Source: Candidatus Berkelbacteria bacterium (GTDB lineage Bacteria; Patescibacteriota; UBA1384; 2-12-FULL-50-11). From it: a stretch of DNA of 45,809 bases. Below are positions 44,706 to 45,809 of this stretch, in pieces. The notes beneath the pieces are model-generated. The model ran no database searches and was not told the DNA's origin. It worked only from the letters and a program-made list of their open reading frames with translations. The stretch is taken from positions 1 to 45,809 of the forward strand of contig JAUSEP010000086.1 of assembly GCA_030650195.1 (NCBI GenBank). The letters are read 5' to 3'. Position 1 is the stretch's first letter; each line of letters begins with the position of its first letter. Position numbers and translations under genes: made by a program.

Positions 44706-45809
44706 CTAGAAGGCGTTTACCAAACTGTAGATCGGTCCAAGGACTGAGGCGACTACAAATCCAATACCAACACCCATAACAATCAACATGATCGGTTCAA
44801 GTAGTGTAGTTAGGTTCTTTGACATCGTATCTACTTCCTTGTCGTAAAAATTAGCAACATCTAGTAGAACAGATTCCATACTGCCAGATTCTTCACCTAA
44901 ACTAATGAGCTGACTAACCATAGGTGGAAAAAGCGGCTCCTTACTCACTGAAACCGACATTGTTTTACCAGACTCAACTTCGTGCTGAATCCGTTCGAAG
45001 GCCCGATCGTAATGAACATTACTGATGGTCTTGCGTATGATTTCTAATGACTCCAGGATCGGTAAGCTGGCTTTAATTAACATCGCCATGGTTCGGGCAA
45101 AACGTGCCATGTAAACTTTTTTTGTCAGACCACCAAAGATTGGCAGAGTGAATTTCATTTTGTCGTAGATCTCTCGACCAGGAGTAGTACCAACCCAAAG
45201 CCTGAGCAAAAAGTACAAACCAATCATTGCGGGAATAATAATCCAGTAGTAACCACGAATTACCTTACTCAACCCAAGCAAAAGACGAGTTAGTACTGGT
45301 AGGGTAGCCCCAGACTCTGTGAATATACTTTGCAAAGACGGAATAACAAACACAACGATTAAAACCAAAACAGCAATCAGCAAACAGAAAATAACAGCCG
45401 GGTAGATCATGGCGCCTTTAACTTTTCCTATAAGGTCAGCTTCCTTTTCCTGTTGTTCAGCTAAGTTCAACAAGACTTCTGAGAGTTGACCTGTTTGCTC
45501 CCCGGCCTTAATAACGGCCGTATATACATCAGCAAATACCTTAGGGTGACGTGTCATGGCCTTGGACAGAACAGTTCCGCCCCTAACCTGTTCGATCAGA
45601 TCATGAATAGTGTCCTGAAAAAGTTTGTTTTCAGTTTGACGACTTAGCGACTCCAAAGCCTTAACAATAGATAATCCAGCCTTAATCATCACGGCGAGCT
45701 GACGAGAAAAGATGATTTTTTCTTTAAGAGGAACTTTCTTACGTTTAAAACTAAAACTTAACGGTGAGTGGGACTTCTCCTCATAAGGGGAGATATGTAG
45801 AACGATTAA
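44706..45809 (-). CDS. pilC: Type II secretion F family / PilC platform protein (partial, begins beyond window end)
   Basis: FSRQLAVMIKAGL, AGEQTGQL, GAMIYP, GEESG, LLEP; frame open to window edge. Confidence 0.93.
   Translation of the reverse strand, partial: LIVLHISPYEEKSHSPLSFSFKRKKVPLKEKIIFSRQLAVMIKAGLSIVKALESLSRQTENKLFQDTIHDLIEQVRGGTVLSKAMTRHPKVFADVYTAVIKAGEQTGQLSEVLLNLAEQQEKEADLIGKVKGAMIYPAVIFCLLIAVLVLIVVFVIPSLQSIFTESGATLPVLTRLLLGLSKVIRGYYWIIIPAMIGLYFLLRLWVGTTPGREIYDKMKFTLPIFGGLTKKVYMARFARTMAMLIKASLPILESLEIIRKTISNVHYDRAFERIQHEVESGKTMSVSVSKEPLFPPMVSQLISLGEESGSMESVLLDVANFYDKEVDTMSKNLTTLLEPIMLIVMGVGIGFVVASVLGPIYSLVNAF

Noticed and set aside
38927-45809. Type IV pilus cluster as a novel system
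   Set aside because: Ordinary pilC-M-N-O plus minor pilin arrangement
1-45809. CRISPR array, cas genes, reverse transcriptase or transposase
   Set aside because: No regularly spaced repeats or matching protein motifs seen

Overview
A 45.8 kb bacterial chromosome segment, most likely Patescibacteria/CPR. This is inferred from TrmB-family regulators, stand-alone receiver domains, a type-2 IleRS, a CPR-style type IV pilus cluster and many leaderless-looking genes. Core genes (end of gltX, tRNA-Gln, P-type ATPase, tRNA-Glu, hisS, ileS, murA, pilC/M/N/O and minor pilins) alternate with accessory blocks. Most notable: (1) a 660-nt intergenic region after ileS with two promoter-to-terminator units that look like a ~120-nt and a ~400-nt structured ncRNA, sharing an exact anti-SD-like 13-mer; (2) a coupled operon of PaaK-like ligase, ThiF enzyme, nitroreductase and membrane GAF histidine kinase, resembling oxazolone biosynthesis (OxzB/TyzBC) wired to a sensor, a candidate signalling system; (3) a cysteine-synthase-fold protein with Tyr in place of the PLP lysine; (4) a small Cys-containing DUF397-like protein with a radical SAM enzyme and MTA phosphorylase; (5) a leader-peptide attenuator ahead of a GNAT and a deacylase; (6) a catalytically degenerate, membrane-anchored paralog of P-type ATPase cytoplasmic domains. 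No CRISPR array, integrase or transposase was seen. All calls come from motif reading by eye; no searches or folding programs were run.
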